Assembly: GCF_018350175.1 (NCBI RefSeq)
Contig: NC_058368.1
Span: 182,840,001-182,904,000 of the forward strand
DNA: 64,000 nt
Direction of reading: 5' to 3'
From: Felis catus
Lineage: Eukaryota
The notes below the pieces were generated by a model. The model had not been told where the DNA came from. It saw only the letters and a list, made by a program, of their open reading frames with translations, and made no database searches. Positions 39,179-52,640 of this stretch are shown piece by piece. Positions within the stretch are counted from its first letter, which is position 1, and every line of letters starts with the position of its first letter. Made by a program: the position numbers and the translations under genes.

Positions 39179-39569
39179 TATTTCCTTTAATAAGGACACC
39201 CATCACATTGGATTAGGGCCCACCATCCTAATTTCATTTTAACTTCATTACCTCTTTAAAGACCTTGTCTCTGGGGTTCCCGGGTGGCTCAGTCAGTTAA
39301 GCGTCTGACATCGGCTCAAATCATGATCTCATGCTTCATGGGTTTGAGTCCCACAACCGGCTCTGTGCTGACAGTTCAGAGCTTAGAGCCTGCTTCAGAT
39401 TCTTTGTCTCCCTCTCTCTCTGCGCCTCCCCACTCACACACTATTTTGCTCTCAAAAATAAGTAACATTGAAAAAAAAAGGCCTTGTCTCTAATACAGTC
39501 ATATTCTGAGGTACTGGGGTTGGGGACATCAACATATGATTTTGAGAGGACTTAATTAAGCCTATAATA
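38934..39569 (-). mobile_element. MaLR solo LTR (MLT1A/B-like) interrupted by a SINE and (GT)n (39137-39177)
   Basis: aatttattttctcataattctag...ataaggacacccatcacattggattagggccc...aatacagtcatattctgaggtactgggg. Confidence 0.88.
39273..39476 (+). mobile_element. CAN-SINE inside MLT1
   Basis: TSD aaagaccttgtctct / aaaggccttgtctct (39258-39272, 39477-39491). Confidence 0.95.
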
Positions 39570-40999
39570 GTCTCTAAAAACTGTGATAATTGGAGATTAT
39601 AGCTCAAAGATTTTTAAATTGATGATTGCACTTACAATTCACATTATTTTTGTTCTTACTTTGGCTCATTACCACATAATATATATATAAAGTGTTTTTC
39701 TGTTTACAATGAATGAGCTGATAGCTTGGCCTTTCTTCTCAGTATCCTGAACTCTGAATCTTGCTTAAGAGCCTGTTAAGATACTTTTAACAGGCTTTCC
39801 AAAAACAAACAAACAAAAACCCAAAAACAAACAAAAATTCTTGTAGCTCAAGATACCTGGACAGTAATATTGCCTTAATACTTTCTATTTTTGGATTATA
39901 ATTACAGATGTAACTTCAAGACCATGAAATTCTAGAAGTATTCATGATAGGATGCTCCCATCTTGGATATCATAATACAGAGGAAAAAGCAGCCACGATA
40001 TACATTTTGTTCAGCAGTAAATCTTCTTGAGGTTTTCAGTGAGAATGTTTAGTGATTCCCAGAACAAAATCAGTCTGTACTTGCTGTATATAGAAAGGCA
40101 TTTGGCTCTGAGGGCATTGAGTTAATTGGCAACTTGTAGAAAGAAATTTTCTTTCTACATGCCAGAGACCTTAGGGTATATAGTAACTACTGGACAAAAG
40201 ACTTACAGGTCTGAAACTCCAGAAACTTTAAGAAAATTAATTATACCCCACAAATATTCAGTGAAAAGATAGATATGCAGGCTCTTGTCACTACTTTTCC
40301 TAAACACTGAAACTTGTTATAGAGAATACCTTGTTTTATATGACTCTAGTTAATGATCAACTTGCTATTTGTGTTCCAAAAGATAAATGAAGTTAAATCA
40401 TATTTAGATGATTTAATAGATAATTATATATTTCTAAATTATTAATGCAAACATAATGCCAGGAAAATGTAAATAATTAATGATGTACTTATAAATAATT
40501 TCTATTAGGGAAATAGATTAGGAAAATGATTTGTCCTTACGAGTGGGCTCATAAATATTTAACAATAAATACTACTGACATCTTTTAGATTCACCTCAAA
40601 ACCATAACATTTAACCCTCTTTTTATAATATGAGTACATTTTTAAATGCAAAAAAAATATGCTCTTAGGTATAATCTTTATTTACTTCAGAACATTTAAA
40701 AATTATTTTAAATGGCTGCGATATCAGTAGTAGTTCCATTGTATTTAATAAATATAGGGCATTTTTTTTCTTTTAAATTTGAAGTCTAGAAGATGTTAAA
40801 ATACAGGGGTTCATTGAAACATCAGTTAATTTTATAGGTCCAATCCATAGCATGCTCAGTTTATGTATTCCCTAACATTATCTATCATGTTTAAGAAAAA
40901 AAATAACTATGTTTCAGGAACCTATTTATATAGTTACTTTTCCAAAAGACCCAAAACATACACAGCAGGGGGGATAGCATTTGTGGATTCTTTACTTAC

Positions 41000-41060
41000 A
41001 GTTCAATGATCCTTGTAGGTCACAAGCAGGGATTTGCTGGTGAAGTTAAGTAGTAGTTAC
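41000..41060 (-). other. Candidate 61-nt cryptic or recursive-splicing exon (non-coding)
   Basis: Minus strand: cccactctttgtttttacag|GTAACT...TGAACT|gtaagt; stop codons in all three frames. Splice-motif evidence only. Confidence 0.25.
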
Positions 41061-42753
41061 CTGTAAAAACAAAGAGTGGGTGGAGGGAAGCTATCATGTA
41101 ACCAGTTTCTCCAGAAAACCTCTTACTTGAGGAGTCAGATATCCTTAGCAATGGCAATGGCCAGTTCTCACCCTTGCCCCTTGAACTGGTAAGTCTTTAA
41201 GTCCACGCTAGAGGAGGCATTCTTCTCATCTGATCCAACAGTTTCTGAATCTTAACCACTACAATGACCTTATGTCCTTTAACTGGGTTTTTTGTTTTGT
41301 TTTGTTTTTCTACCATTTAACATCAATGTTGTGGTGATCTCATATGCATGGACCCATACAAATAATATATGTAAATATATATAAATCTTTATTACTCATA
41401 ATAACTAGTACGCACCTGAATAGTATACATGTAACTATATATTATAAACTACATTTAAATATTAAATGTAAATACTAAAATGTATATATTAATATAAATG
41501 TGTAGAAATATCTTTATCTTAATATGTTCAGATCATGAACTCCTCCATATATTTCCAATTTCCCCTTCAATAATTTCATATATTTCATGTTACAGTCATT
41601 CTTTATATATTCAAAAAGTCCAATCAGTCTTAGAGATTCAATGGGAATTCTCTTTAAGATTTCTCTGTTAAGATTTTTTATTTCTCTGTCCTAATTCATG
41701 ATTTACTCATCTCTATTCAGATCCATTATATGTTGGTTTAATAATTTACTTATAGTTTTATTTCACCTAGCAACCTTTTTTTCAAGGACTTTTTTCCATA
41801 GGCCAGGTTGGGGAAGTTAGCATTCTCCTCCTCTCAATTACCAAAATATTACCAGTCCACTATTATTAAGAAATTTGTTTTTTGTTCTTTTACCTTGTTA
41901 TACTAACAGAAGCCTGTGCTGTTCTTGTTATTGATGCATTTATTTTTTGTATCTTTTATGATTTTATAATCAGGTAGTATTCAATCTATCCATTAGGAGA
42001 CATATGGAGACTGGAAATTCATTGAAGTCATGACTTTCATTATATACATATTCTATGCCCTTTTCATAGCAAAGCAACCATTTGATAAGGATTTGTTAAG
42101 CCACAAAAAACAAGAGGTGTTGATTATTATACAGGACAAAACAGAATTAGTCCCAGTAAGCTACATTTCACAAGGGAGATATCATACTTATGAAACTCAG
42201 CAGCCATTATGAAGCAAAACTACAGGAGATCCAAGAAGAGTTAGCAGAAACATAGTAATAATAGAATAAGAGATTTTAATATACTACTCTCAGCACACAG
42301 ATCAAAGCAGAAAAAATTTTAGATAAATAACAAACACGAGAGGGAAAAATCTAAATGACATTAATAAATCTTATGAATATATTTTCAAATTTATACCCTT
42401 ATAACAGAGAATACGTCTCCTTAAGAACAGTGACACTTTCCCCATTGGTCATATTCTAGGGTCACATTAAGTTCTAAGTTCCATGAGGCACAAGTAATGT
42501 AGACAACTCTCCCCATCACAAAAACGATTAAAACTAGAAAATACTAAAAATAACCCTTCAGTTGAAAATTAACACAAAATAAACCTCTATTAAAAGACTT
42601 CAATAGAAAAGGAAGCCAAAATTCTAAAATTTCTAACAAAAGAAAGCTACATAATAGAACCTATGTGCTCCATTTAAAGCAGTGATGAGAGGAAAATTCA
42701 TAGTACTTAACAGTTTTGTTATGATAAATTAAGGAATAAAAATAAATGAATTA

Positions 42754-42935
42754 GGAGCAACTGTTTGGTTTAGTCAGTTAAGTGTCTGACTCTTGATTTT
42801 GGCTCAGGTCATGATCTCAAGGTCCTGAGATGGAGCCCCACATCAATTGGGGCTCTCTCTTCCTCTCTCTCTGCCGCTCACCTGTGTGCTCGTGAGTGCT
42901 CTCTCTCAAATAAACATTTTTAAAAAATAAAATAT
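42754..42935 (+). mobile_element. CAN-SINE (internally shortened) inside L1
   Basis: Perfect TSD aaaataaatgaatta (42739-42753, 42936-42950). Confidence 0.92.
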
Positions 42936-43785
42936 AAAATAAATGAATTAAATATTCAGCTTAAAAAATAATAAAATATTAAAAAACAACAAAGTAAGCC
43001 AAAGACAGTACAAGAAGAGAAATAAAGAGCCAAGATTAAGGGTAAAAATAGAAAACAAAAAACAAAAAAACCAAAAAAACAGTAATATGTAACAAATCAC
43101 AGTAAGTAGTAATTTAAATAAATCCAAATCCCTTTATTACAATATAATTAACAAAATAGATTACTAGTAAACCTAATTCAAGAAAATGAGGAGAAATTAC
43201 ACCTATATGCATCAAGAAATGAAAAGAGGAAGATGCTAAAAGAGACAACATTCTGAAAAATCTTGAGACTCACTTTCAGACCACTAACCAAAAAGAAAAA
43301 TAAAATAAAGAAAAAAGTGAAAACTTTTATGAAATGCATAATTAATTTTCTAGGTAAAATCAGATTACAAAAAATTACCCCATTACAGACAGAAAGCTTA
43401 AACAGACCAATTTCCATGGAAGACACAGTGTTATTAAGGAACTACTTTGCCAACCAAGCACCCGGTTCAGATGATTTTTCAGAGGAACTCTACCAAAACT
43501 CCATGTCCTAAAGAGTTCCAATGCTTTGTTGTTCTATAGGTTTAAAAATACAGATTTTCTAGTATCTTTTTATAAAGTTAACAGAACACCAAAATTTTAT
43601 GGAAATAATACTCCCCTACAAAAAAAACTATAAATATTACTTTAAAATATCAATGCAAAAATTGAACATGAAACAGTCAACAACTCTAATACTACATTAA
43701 GAAATAATATATCATGACTAAGTGGAATTTACTCCAGAAGTACAAAATTAGTCCGACATAATGAAATCTATTAGTATTACACAAT

Positions 43786-44162
43786 TGTACAAACAAGAAA
43801 ATGGGTCCTCAATTGAATCACTTACATTAAGCCCCCCATCACCAAACCAACAGTACATAGTTTCAGCCCTCCCAGTAATAGAATCCTCAGTTAATCAGGA
43901 ATCGCCTGATCCAAGATAGTTAGGTAATCTACCTGATAGACCCCTTGTCCCAAATGGGGAAGGGACTGCAATAACCAACTAGCATTTTTTTTTTACCTAA
44001 TATAACTTTGTTGTCCTCGCTCCATTCTTCCTACACTGTTCTCATCCCGAAAGATGAAAACTCCTTAGAGCTCTTTTCTCTGTTACATTGATGCTGCCAG
44101 ATTCAGACTAATTTTACTCCAACTCTCAAACTTTTAAATATGCCCTAGTTTATCTTTTAACA
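43786..44162 (+). mobile_element. ERV1-class solo LTR (MER34/MER41-like) inserted in L1
   Basis: TG...CA termini (tgtacaaac...tatcttttaaca); aatcaggaatcgcctgat and gttaggtaatctacctgatagacccc; interrupts collinear L1 ORF2 sequence; no clean TSD. Confidence 0.65.
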
Positions 44163-45819
44163 GAACGGATATTAATATTTATTAATCTAGTAAGATATTT
44201 TAAAAATCATATGCCTATCCCTATAGATGCTGTAAAAGCTGTGGACAAAATAACACTTACTCCTGATTAAAAAATACTGAAGAAATACAAACTGATTGAC
44301 ATGTTAACACATTATAATGTTAATTGTTAGCCCTAATGCCAGTATTTTGCTTTGTTTAGAAACACTAGGACATTTCCATTAAGATCAGAAAAGAAGGCAA
44401 AAATGTCCCCTATTTCCATATTTGAGAAATCATATAGAGGTATTAAGTTGCTAAGAAGAAACCATCTCTATTTTATACGTGATTGTATAATCACACACTT
44501 AACAAGCTTTTTTTCTTTTTACTTACTACACTCTGAAAGACAAAGCAATAGACTTTAATAATTATATGAAATGTTAATAAACATGTCAAAAATATTTTAT
44601 AGAGTTAGGTAAGTTGATATGAAAGTTCCTATGGAAATAAACATGCAGAAACAATCAGGAAACAATTAAAAAGAAAAACTACCTTGAGTTACTAACTCTA
44701 CTAGTTGCAAAAATATACTGTAAAACCTCTTACAACAATGTGTCATTGGTGCATCAACAAATAGTTCAGTGAAATGGAATGCAAAAATCCAGAAATAGAC
44801 CCAGATACATAAAAAAGTTCACATGCAATGAAGATAGAATCTCAAATTACTATGGCAAAGATAAACTTCTCAATAATTATTGTTGGGACAACTGGGTAGT
44901 CACTTTAATAAAAATCAAACTAGACTCATACTTTACACCATATATAAGAATCAATTTTAAGTGAATCAGAAATCTAAATATAAAATAAAATATAAGTAAA
45001 GTAAACCTTAGAAGTACTCCAAGAAGAAAACAGGAGTGATTCCTTTTTAATCTAAGTATAGGAAAGGTTTTGTAATTATGAACCCAAAATACAGAGACAA
45101 TAAACAAATTTATCAATCTGCCTACATAAGAAGTATTATTTTTGCATTGCAACAAAACATCATGAAAAAATTCAAAAGATGAGTGAAAACATGGGAGAAA
45201 ACATTTGTCACATATATCCCAGACAAAAAGTTAATAATGTCCTTAATATACAAAGAATTCTTAAAATTTGAGATAAAGGCACCAAAAACCCAAGAGAAAA
45301 ATGAGAAAAAGTAACACATAATTGACAACAAAGTTATAAAATGGTCTTTAGACTCAGGAATAAATGTTGAAGACCACTGATAATGAGAAAGATTCACAAT
45401 GATACACTATTTCTTGGCTATTTAGGCATGTTAAGATTTTCTTTATCTTTTCTTTCTTTTCTTTTCTTTCTTTTTAATGCTAATGTGAAAATATATCCTA
45501 TTGGGAGGACTGTGGACAATTAGGCATTCTCATACACTGCTGTTTAACAATCAAAATCATAATACTCTTTGTAGATGAACATTACAATACCAAGTGAAAT
45601 TACATATGCTCTTAATTTTTGATCTAGCAGTCCCACCTCCAGGAATATACCATGATGGTACATCCTCAATAAAAAATTTTAAAAAACTATATAGCAAAAA
45701 CAACGACAATGATGACAATCTGCACAGTGTTACTCACTGCAGTGTTATTTCTAACTGCAAAATATGAAAATCTCCCTAATGTCCACACATGGGAGAGTGC
45801 TTAATAAAGAAATAGAGTA

Positions 45820-46015
45820 GGTGTGCCAGCATGGCTCAGTTGGTTAAGCGTCTGACTCCAGCTTCCCTCATGATTTCAAGGATTGCGAGCTTGACCCCCA
45901 CATCTGGCTGTCCACTCTCAGCACAGTGCGTGTTTCAAATCCTCTGTCTCCCTCTCTCTCTGCCCCTCCTCTGCTCCTGCTCTCTCTCTCTCTCAAAAAT
46001 AAAAATCTAAAAGAT
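45820..46015 (+). mobile_element. CAN-SINE inside L1
   Basis: TSD aaatagagta (45810-45819, 46016-46025). Confidence 0.92.
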
Positions 46016-47286
46016 AAATAGAGTACAATACATTTACAAAATAAAGTACAATATGACAATTTAAAAGAAGTTCAATACAACATTTAAAAAATGAGGAGGG
46101 TCTTACAATTGATATGAAACAATTTATAAGATATATTTAAATTTTAAAGAAAGCAAAAGAAAAAATCCATAAATTATTAACTTTTGTGTTTGCTGATAAG
46201 AGATTAGACATATGCATCTGCTAAATTGGGCAAAGCAAAAACAAACAAACAACAGAAAGAAACTAACAACATCTTAACATCTGAAGCAAAAACTACAGAG
46301 GGTGGGTAGGAATGAGTGAAAAATTAAGGAATGGGAATTGGGCAAAAAGATGAGGGGGAGTGACATTTCTTGAAAATACTTTTTAAAATGTAGTTCTTAT
46401 GTTTAGAACCATGATAATAGCTCACATCCTCAAACAGCACATAAAAATTATTATCAACCAGGATGTGAGGGAGACCCCAACATGAATAGTATGAGTAACA
46501 AACGACCCTAACTATATTGCAGATGGAAAACATAACCACACTTGGGGACTTGGCTAAGGTGGTAGGGGACTAAACTATGTTACTGTAGAAAACTGTATGT
46601 CGATATGATACAGTAAGTCCAAAGACCAGAACCATTATATACACATATTGTGTCCAGTTAGTAAATTTGTTTTCCACAGAGATATGGGTTCACAACAATC
46701 AAATTGCTTTAGTAATTCTGAAGTTATTTAATGGGAGTTGAGCAAATCAAATGTGTGGTCAAGATCATCCAGATTCTTACTTTTGGAGGAAAGATTTAAC
46801 CAATAAAAAGCAAGCAATACAAAATCACTTCTGTCATAGTCTTGCTAAGAAGTACATTATCCTATTTTAATCATGAAGAAACATTAGAAAATCCCAAATT
46901 GAGAGACAGGCCACAAAATAAGTGGCTAATATTGGTCAAAATTGTAAAGCTCAAGAAAGACCAAGACCAAGGAACTACCCTAAATTGGAGAAGAGTAGGC
47001 ATATAAGAGAACTAAGTGTACAATGGGATTCTGAATTTGATCTTAGACCAGAAAAGAGCATTAGTGGAAGAACTGGTGAAATTACACTAAGATTTGGATA
47101 TCAGTGAAGAGAATGGTGTCAATGTTCATTTCCTGGTTTTGATAATTTAATTGTATAATGGTTAATTGTATAATGGTTATATAAAATATTAAAATTGTGG
47201 CAATTTGTGTAAACGGTAAACAGGACATACTTTTTATAGTATTTTTGCAGTTTTCTAAAGCTGAAATCATTTAAAAAAAATAAGAA

Positions 47287-47504
47287 GAGTGCCTGGGTGG
47301 CTCAGTCAGTTAAGCATCTGACTCTTGATTTCAGTTCAGGTCATGATCTCACAGTTTGTAAGATCAAGCCCCACATTGGGCTCTGCGTGGACAGTGTGGA
47401 GCCTGCTTGGAATTCTCTCTCTCCCTCTCTCCCTGCCCCTCCCCAGTTTGAGCTCTTTCTATCTCTCTTTCTCAAATAAATCAACTTAAAAAAATTTTAA
47501 AAAA
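47287..47504 (+). mobile_element. CAN-SINE at the L1 tail
   Basis: gtgcctgggtggctcagtcagttaagcatctgactcttgatttc head, (CT)n region and tail. Confidence 0.95.
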
Positions 47505-48054
47505 TGTTGGATTGCAATGTCAGAGAAACAAAACAGCATAAACAGAAGGTAAATAAAATATTTATCCCATACTGGTTTAGGGTACTGAGCAAGTCATAAA
47601 ATGTACCTGTATTCCCCTAAGTCTTCTCTTTGTTTCTAAGTCACTTCTGAAACTAAAGCACCTGCATCAAATTTTTAAAAATCCTAAGAAACGTGTCCCT
47701 GTCTCTAAAGGCATGTCCTTCAGGATGACACATTAAAGGTCAAACCACATCACTGGGTCAGGTTATTATAATGCACAGGGTAGAAGCATATAGGGATAAC
47801 TCAGTTGTTTCTAAAGGCAACTAAAACTGTCAACATCAAGAAAATCAAAATCACATTACAAAGACATTTAAGTGTACAAAAATCGTTAATTGCTGTTATT
47901 AAAAATATAAAATTTGTTCTATCAACCATATTCATATAGATGCTACCATTTAACACAAATTCTAGAATACCTTATATCTACAAATTTCTAAATACATATA
48001 ATTTCAAATTTTAAAAAAGATGATTATTTCTCAGAAGTCTTCAATATGTGTATT

Positions 48055-48120
<66 letters not shown>
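48055..48120. repeat. Compound (TG)n(TA)23(CA)3 microsatellite
   Basis: Read directly from the sequence. Confidence 0.95.
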
Positions 48121-48121
<1 letters not shown>

Positions 48122-49199
48122 TTTGTTGAAGTCTCTTTCATCAGAATTCTACCTAGGTTTTAATCTTCTATATTTACATTCATCTATATGAACTTAAGTC
48201 CTTTGATCCCTTCAGTTTCTTCATGTACTGCATTTATGATACCTATGCTACAGAACCAATTTAAATCTAAAAATCCTATGTTTCCAATTTAAATCTTCCC
48301 ATTCTATATCATAGAGCTATTTCTGGGAGCTTCACTTGAGACAATAAACTTGAAAGTACTTGATAAAAAGAGGTTTATTTTAGTATTTGTTGGTATGGAT
48401 TGAGTAAGCTACTTGACAATTTAGTAAGCTTACTCTAAAAATAAAAAAAAAATACATTCTTTCTTTCCTGGGAACATCATCATTTAAAAAAAAAGCAGTG
48501 GAATATGACCCCTGATATCATAATAATCATATAATATAAAATGATAATCAATTGATTGTAGTTCAGGTAATGCTTTTATTAATCTAACAGGAAAAAAAAA
48601 AAGTCTATTTCAACTAGTTCAAATATCCACCCCAACAAAATAATCCTGAGTTCTGTTTGATTGCATAAACATGGTTTTCCACTTACATCCATAATACTAC
48701 TACCATTACAGGCATTCCATGATGGCTTTCAGACTATTTATTTTCTGTTAGAGGCTGAGCTATTCTAACACAATTTAATCACATTTCTTCTCCAGTTCTA
48801 TAGATGATTTTCATGTCAACAGGTCTAGAGCCTGCTTACCAGATAGAGAGATGGAAATAAAATACTGATTCTTGAATGGCCAGACATGGGCCATGGAAAG
48901 ACCATGATAAGAGAGAATGAGCTTTTACTCTTTTTTAACCAGTTCTATTCTCCTCTTTATCCTCCCCTGTCTACTTGACACATCACTGCCATTCAGGAAG
49001 ACCCATGAGTTTCAAAGAAGATTGTTTTGTTACTGACAGGAGAGAGGAGGCTTGCATTCTTCTATAGAAATATAATACTCAGAAAATAGCACTACTCTAA
49101 TTATTATAAATATTTTTTCAATAATTTGCTCTCAAGAAAATATGGGCATTTCTACATGATGACCATTCAACTCCTTATGTTTATGAAAAGCACAAAGCT

Positions 49200-50065
49200 A
49201 TACTTTCATTAAACATAAGCATCAACTCTGTGCTAGGCCTAGGGTATACCATGGTCAACAGAAAGGAATACTCCTCACCATAAATCAACTTATGATCTTA
49301 TGTATTAAGGCAGAATACAAATAGATACAAAAGTACTTAAGTATAATTTCAAGGGGGAAAACACTCTTAAGGTGAGGAATATCTTGTTTCAACAGAGAGC
49401 AACACACCTGAAATGGCATAGCCAGCAACATCTGAGAAGGCAGTATTTAAGAGAGATCAGAAAGATCTACCCATGTGATATTTGGGAGTTATTTTCTAGG
49501 CCAATGTAATAGCATTTGAAATTGCTATAAGGAATGGTCTATAAGTGGAAAGCAGTGTTCATGGGAAAGACTAATTTTATACATGGTTGGGACAATAAAC
49601 GGTGCCAAATAATGCAGATTCTCCTAAGCTGTGGCATGGAACCTTTTTTTTTTCTTCTCCATGAAATGGCAGAAAGTTGTGGGTCTTAAGCAGTAGACCA
49701 TCACTATTTTATTTATTATTAAAATTACTATTAAATTTATTTTTTGAATTCTGGCTGCTGTATATATAAAATATGGACTAAATGAGACAAATAATGAATA
49801 TTAAAGCAATAGATTAGGTGAGAAATAAATGATGTTAGACTGGATTAGGCTGGCAATAGCAGAGATATGGAAAAGTATAGTTATGCAAGATCCTTTGGCA
49901 TTACATGTAGCAGAACTTGCTGATGGTTTAAATCATAGAAATTCAGGAGAAGAAAATGTCCAGGATGATTCCAAGATTCTGGCTTAAGCAATAGGTCTGA
50001 AGTGATGCCATTTCCTAAAATATCTCTAAACGTCATTAAAGAGAAAACAGATTTGTTCTTTGAGT
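49200..50065 (-). mobile_element. L2 fragment
   Basis: cagaacttgctgatggtttaaat...gtccaggatgattccaagattctggcttaagcaat...tgatgccattt is typical antisense L2. Confidence 0.75.
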
Positions 50066-50099
50066 TTTATTACTTTTTTTCCTCTCGGAAGAATCTCAG

Positions 50100-50475
50100 G
50101 GAAATAGCCAAAACCATATAAAAATATTTGCATCATCATTAGTCATTAGGGAAACGCAAATCAAAACCACAGTGAGGTATTACTTCACACCCTCTAGGAT
50201 GACTATTTAAAAACAGTAATAATAAGGAAAACAAGGGTTAGCTAGGATATAGAGAAATTAGAAACCTCATACATTACTGATGGGGTAGGAAAATAGCTTA
50301 GCAATGGTGGGAAACAGTTTGGCAATTCTTCAAAACATTAAACATAGTGGAGGCACTTGGGTGGTTCAGTTGATTAAGCATCTGACTCTTGATTTTGGCT
50401 CAGGTCATGATCTCATGGTTCATGAGATTGAGCCACACGTGGGGCTCTGCACTTAGAGTGTGCAGAGTGCTTTGA

Positions 50476-50525
<50 letters not shown>

Positions 50526-50685
50526 CCCCTTCCCCTCTTGTGTTTTCTCTGTCAAAAATAAATAAATAAACCTAAAGAAATGTTAAACATAGGATCACCA
50601 AAGAATCTAGCATATCCACTTCTGGGAATATATTCCAAACAACTGAAAATAGGTACTCAATCACAAACACATGCACGTGTACACA

Positions 50686-50716
<31 letters not shown>

Positions 50717-51168
50717 TCATAGCAGCACTGTTCACAACACTCAAAAGGTAGAAATAGCCAAATGTCCATCAGTAGGTGAATGGGTCAATTGTGTAATATA
50801 CATGCATTATGATGTTATTCACCCACACAAAGAGTAAGTACTGATTCATGCTAATGTGGATTAATCTCAAAAATGTGATACTAAGTGAAATAAGCCAGAC
50901 ACCACAGGTCACAGATAATACAATTCCCTTGATATCCAGCATAGAGACAGAAAATAAGTTTTAGTTATCAGAAGTAGAAAGTAAGCAGGAATGGGAGACA
51001 GCTGCTTAATGGGTAGAGGATTTCATTTTAGGGTGTTGAAAATGTTTTAGAAATAGATAAATGTGGAGGTGAGTGCAAAACATTGTGAATGTACTAAATG
51101 CCACTCAATTGTTCACTTTAAAATGGTAAATTTTATGTTACATAAATTTTATCTCAACAAAAAAAAAA
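50100..51168 (+). mobile_element. L1MB-like 3' fragment
   Basis: catcattagtcattagggaaacgcaaatcaaaaccacagtgag...cattgtgaatgtactaaatgccact...ataaattttatctcaac plus A-tail. Confidence 0.9.
50349..50580 (+). mobile_element. CAN-SINE inside L1MB
   Basis: TSD ttaaacatag (50338-50347, 50583-50592). Confidence 0.93.
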
Positions 51169-51344
51169 CTCTTGAAAACGTGATTTTTATACTTAAAGCT
51201 AATTTTCCAAGGCATACACACAAAAAACAAATATTCTTAGAATAATAAGATTTTTTCATAGCCCAAGTATTACAAAGACATTAATTAAATGACCTAGAGG
51301 TCATCAGTACATCATCCACTGACCATCTATTCCTTTAACAAATA

Positions 51345-51411
51345 TTTATTTTTAATTTTTTAAATATATTTATTTTGAGAGAGAGAGACAGAGTGACGGG
51401 GAGCAAGCATG
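51345..51411 (-). mobile_element. CAN-SINE 3' stub
   Basis: tttattttgagagagagagacagag...gcaagcatg only; no head. Confidence 0.7.
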
Positions 51412-51964
51412 ACCATGTTTACAATTATAAAATAAAGCAAAACAAACCCAAAATATTTTAGAAAAATTTGCAAATACAGAAATGTATAAAGGAAAAATTA
51501 AATAGCATATAACTAAGAAGTGGCCTCTAATGGCATTTTGGTAGGTTTCCTTCCTGTTTTTCATACTGAAGTTCATCCTTCAAGTTGCAGCTCCAGGATG
51601 AAATAAATAGTTTGATCCAGTCTGTATTCCATGTCTCCTTTGGAACTTTTAGCAAAAAACAAAAGAGACTGTAACTAATCTTCAGCACATCTGGCCTCTA
51701 GGCACCCAGACTTTAATTCCATCCTTGCCATGCCAATTTTACTAAAAATAGATGACTGAACCCTCCCTTGACTTCTCCCTCCCTTCCAGATGTACTAGCC
51801 CTCTTGCTGGCATCCCAGGGCTATTAATTAAAATGAACAAATATAGTTGAACACATATCTCTAAATGATCTCCATGGTCTTTTGCTCCAGGGATGGCAGA
51901 TTCAGATATTGGAAGTATTTCCTACTAAGGAAGATACGAGTAGAATGAGAAAAGTATTCCTGCA

Positions 51965-52640
51965 TTCAACATTCACCAGGCAATTCTAGCATACTCAACG
52001 GGAGTGCTAGAGCTATGCTGAGTTTGGGGACTAGAAAGATTAGAGTCCTGCCCAATGTACTACTCAGCTTGGTTGGGGAGAAAAAAAAATGCAAACCCAT
52101 GATAGTTCCACTGATAAATACAAGGATATTGTATAGGTGATGGGGGACCCCAGTTGGAAGTGCTGAAGAGTGAGCAGATGGGGGAAGGTAACGAGATGGG
52201 AGGGGAGAAGAATGGGAGTATTCCAAACAGGAACAGAATGTGTGCAGCCAGGGGGCCTAGACAGAGTATGCAGACTTATTCTAGGAACTCTAAGAAGTTC
52301 ATGATTTTTTAAAAAATCTTTTAACGTTTATTTATTATTGAGAGACAGAGAGACAGAGCACAAGCACGGGAGGGGCCGAGAGACGGGGAGACAGGGAGAC
52401 CAGGAGACACAGAATCGGAAGCAGGCTCCAGGCTCTGAGATGTCAGCACAGAGCCAGATGCCTGGCTCCAATTCATAAACCTAGAGATCATGACCAGAGC
52501 CTAAGTCAGATGCTTAACCAACTAAGCCACCCAGGTGCTCCTAAGTAGTTCATGATTAACCTGTACTTTATCTTCTGACAAAGAGAACAGAATGTCTGGA
52601 GATGAATTGAAGGGATACAATTAAGGTCTTGAGAGTGGCC
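51965..52640 (-). mobile_element. L2 fragment interrupted by a SINE
   Basis: cattcaacattcaccaggc...gtcctgccc...gggagtattccaaacaggaacagaatgtgtgca antisense L2 pattern. Confidence 0.55.
52307..52540 (-). mobile_element. CAN-SINE with internal ggagac-unit expansion
   Basis: TSD ctaagaagttcatgatt / ctaagtagttcatgatt (52290-52306, 52541-52557). Confidence 0.95.

Larger units (their letters stand above)
42150..47281 (+). mobile_element. Old decayed L1: ORF2 remnants plus an L1MC4-like 3' end
   Basis: aaagcagtgatgagaggaaaattcatag (KAVMRGKFI), ESLNRPIS...APGSDDFSEELYQ (ORF 43263) and NNYCWDNW...KLDSYFTPYIRINFK (ORF 44779); L1MC-type 3' UTR at ~46840-47281. Confidence 0.85.
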
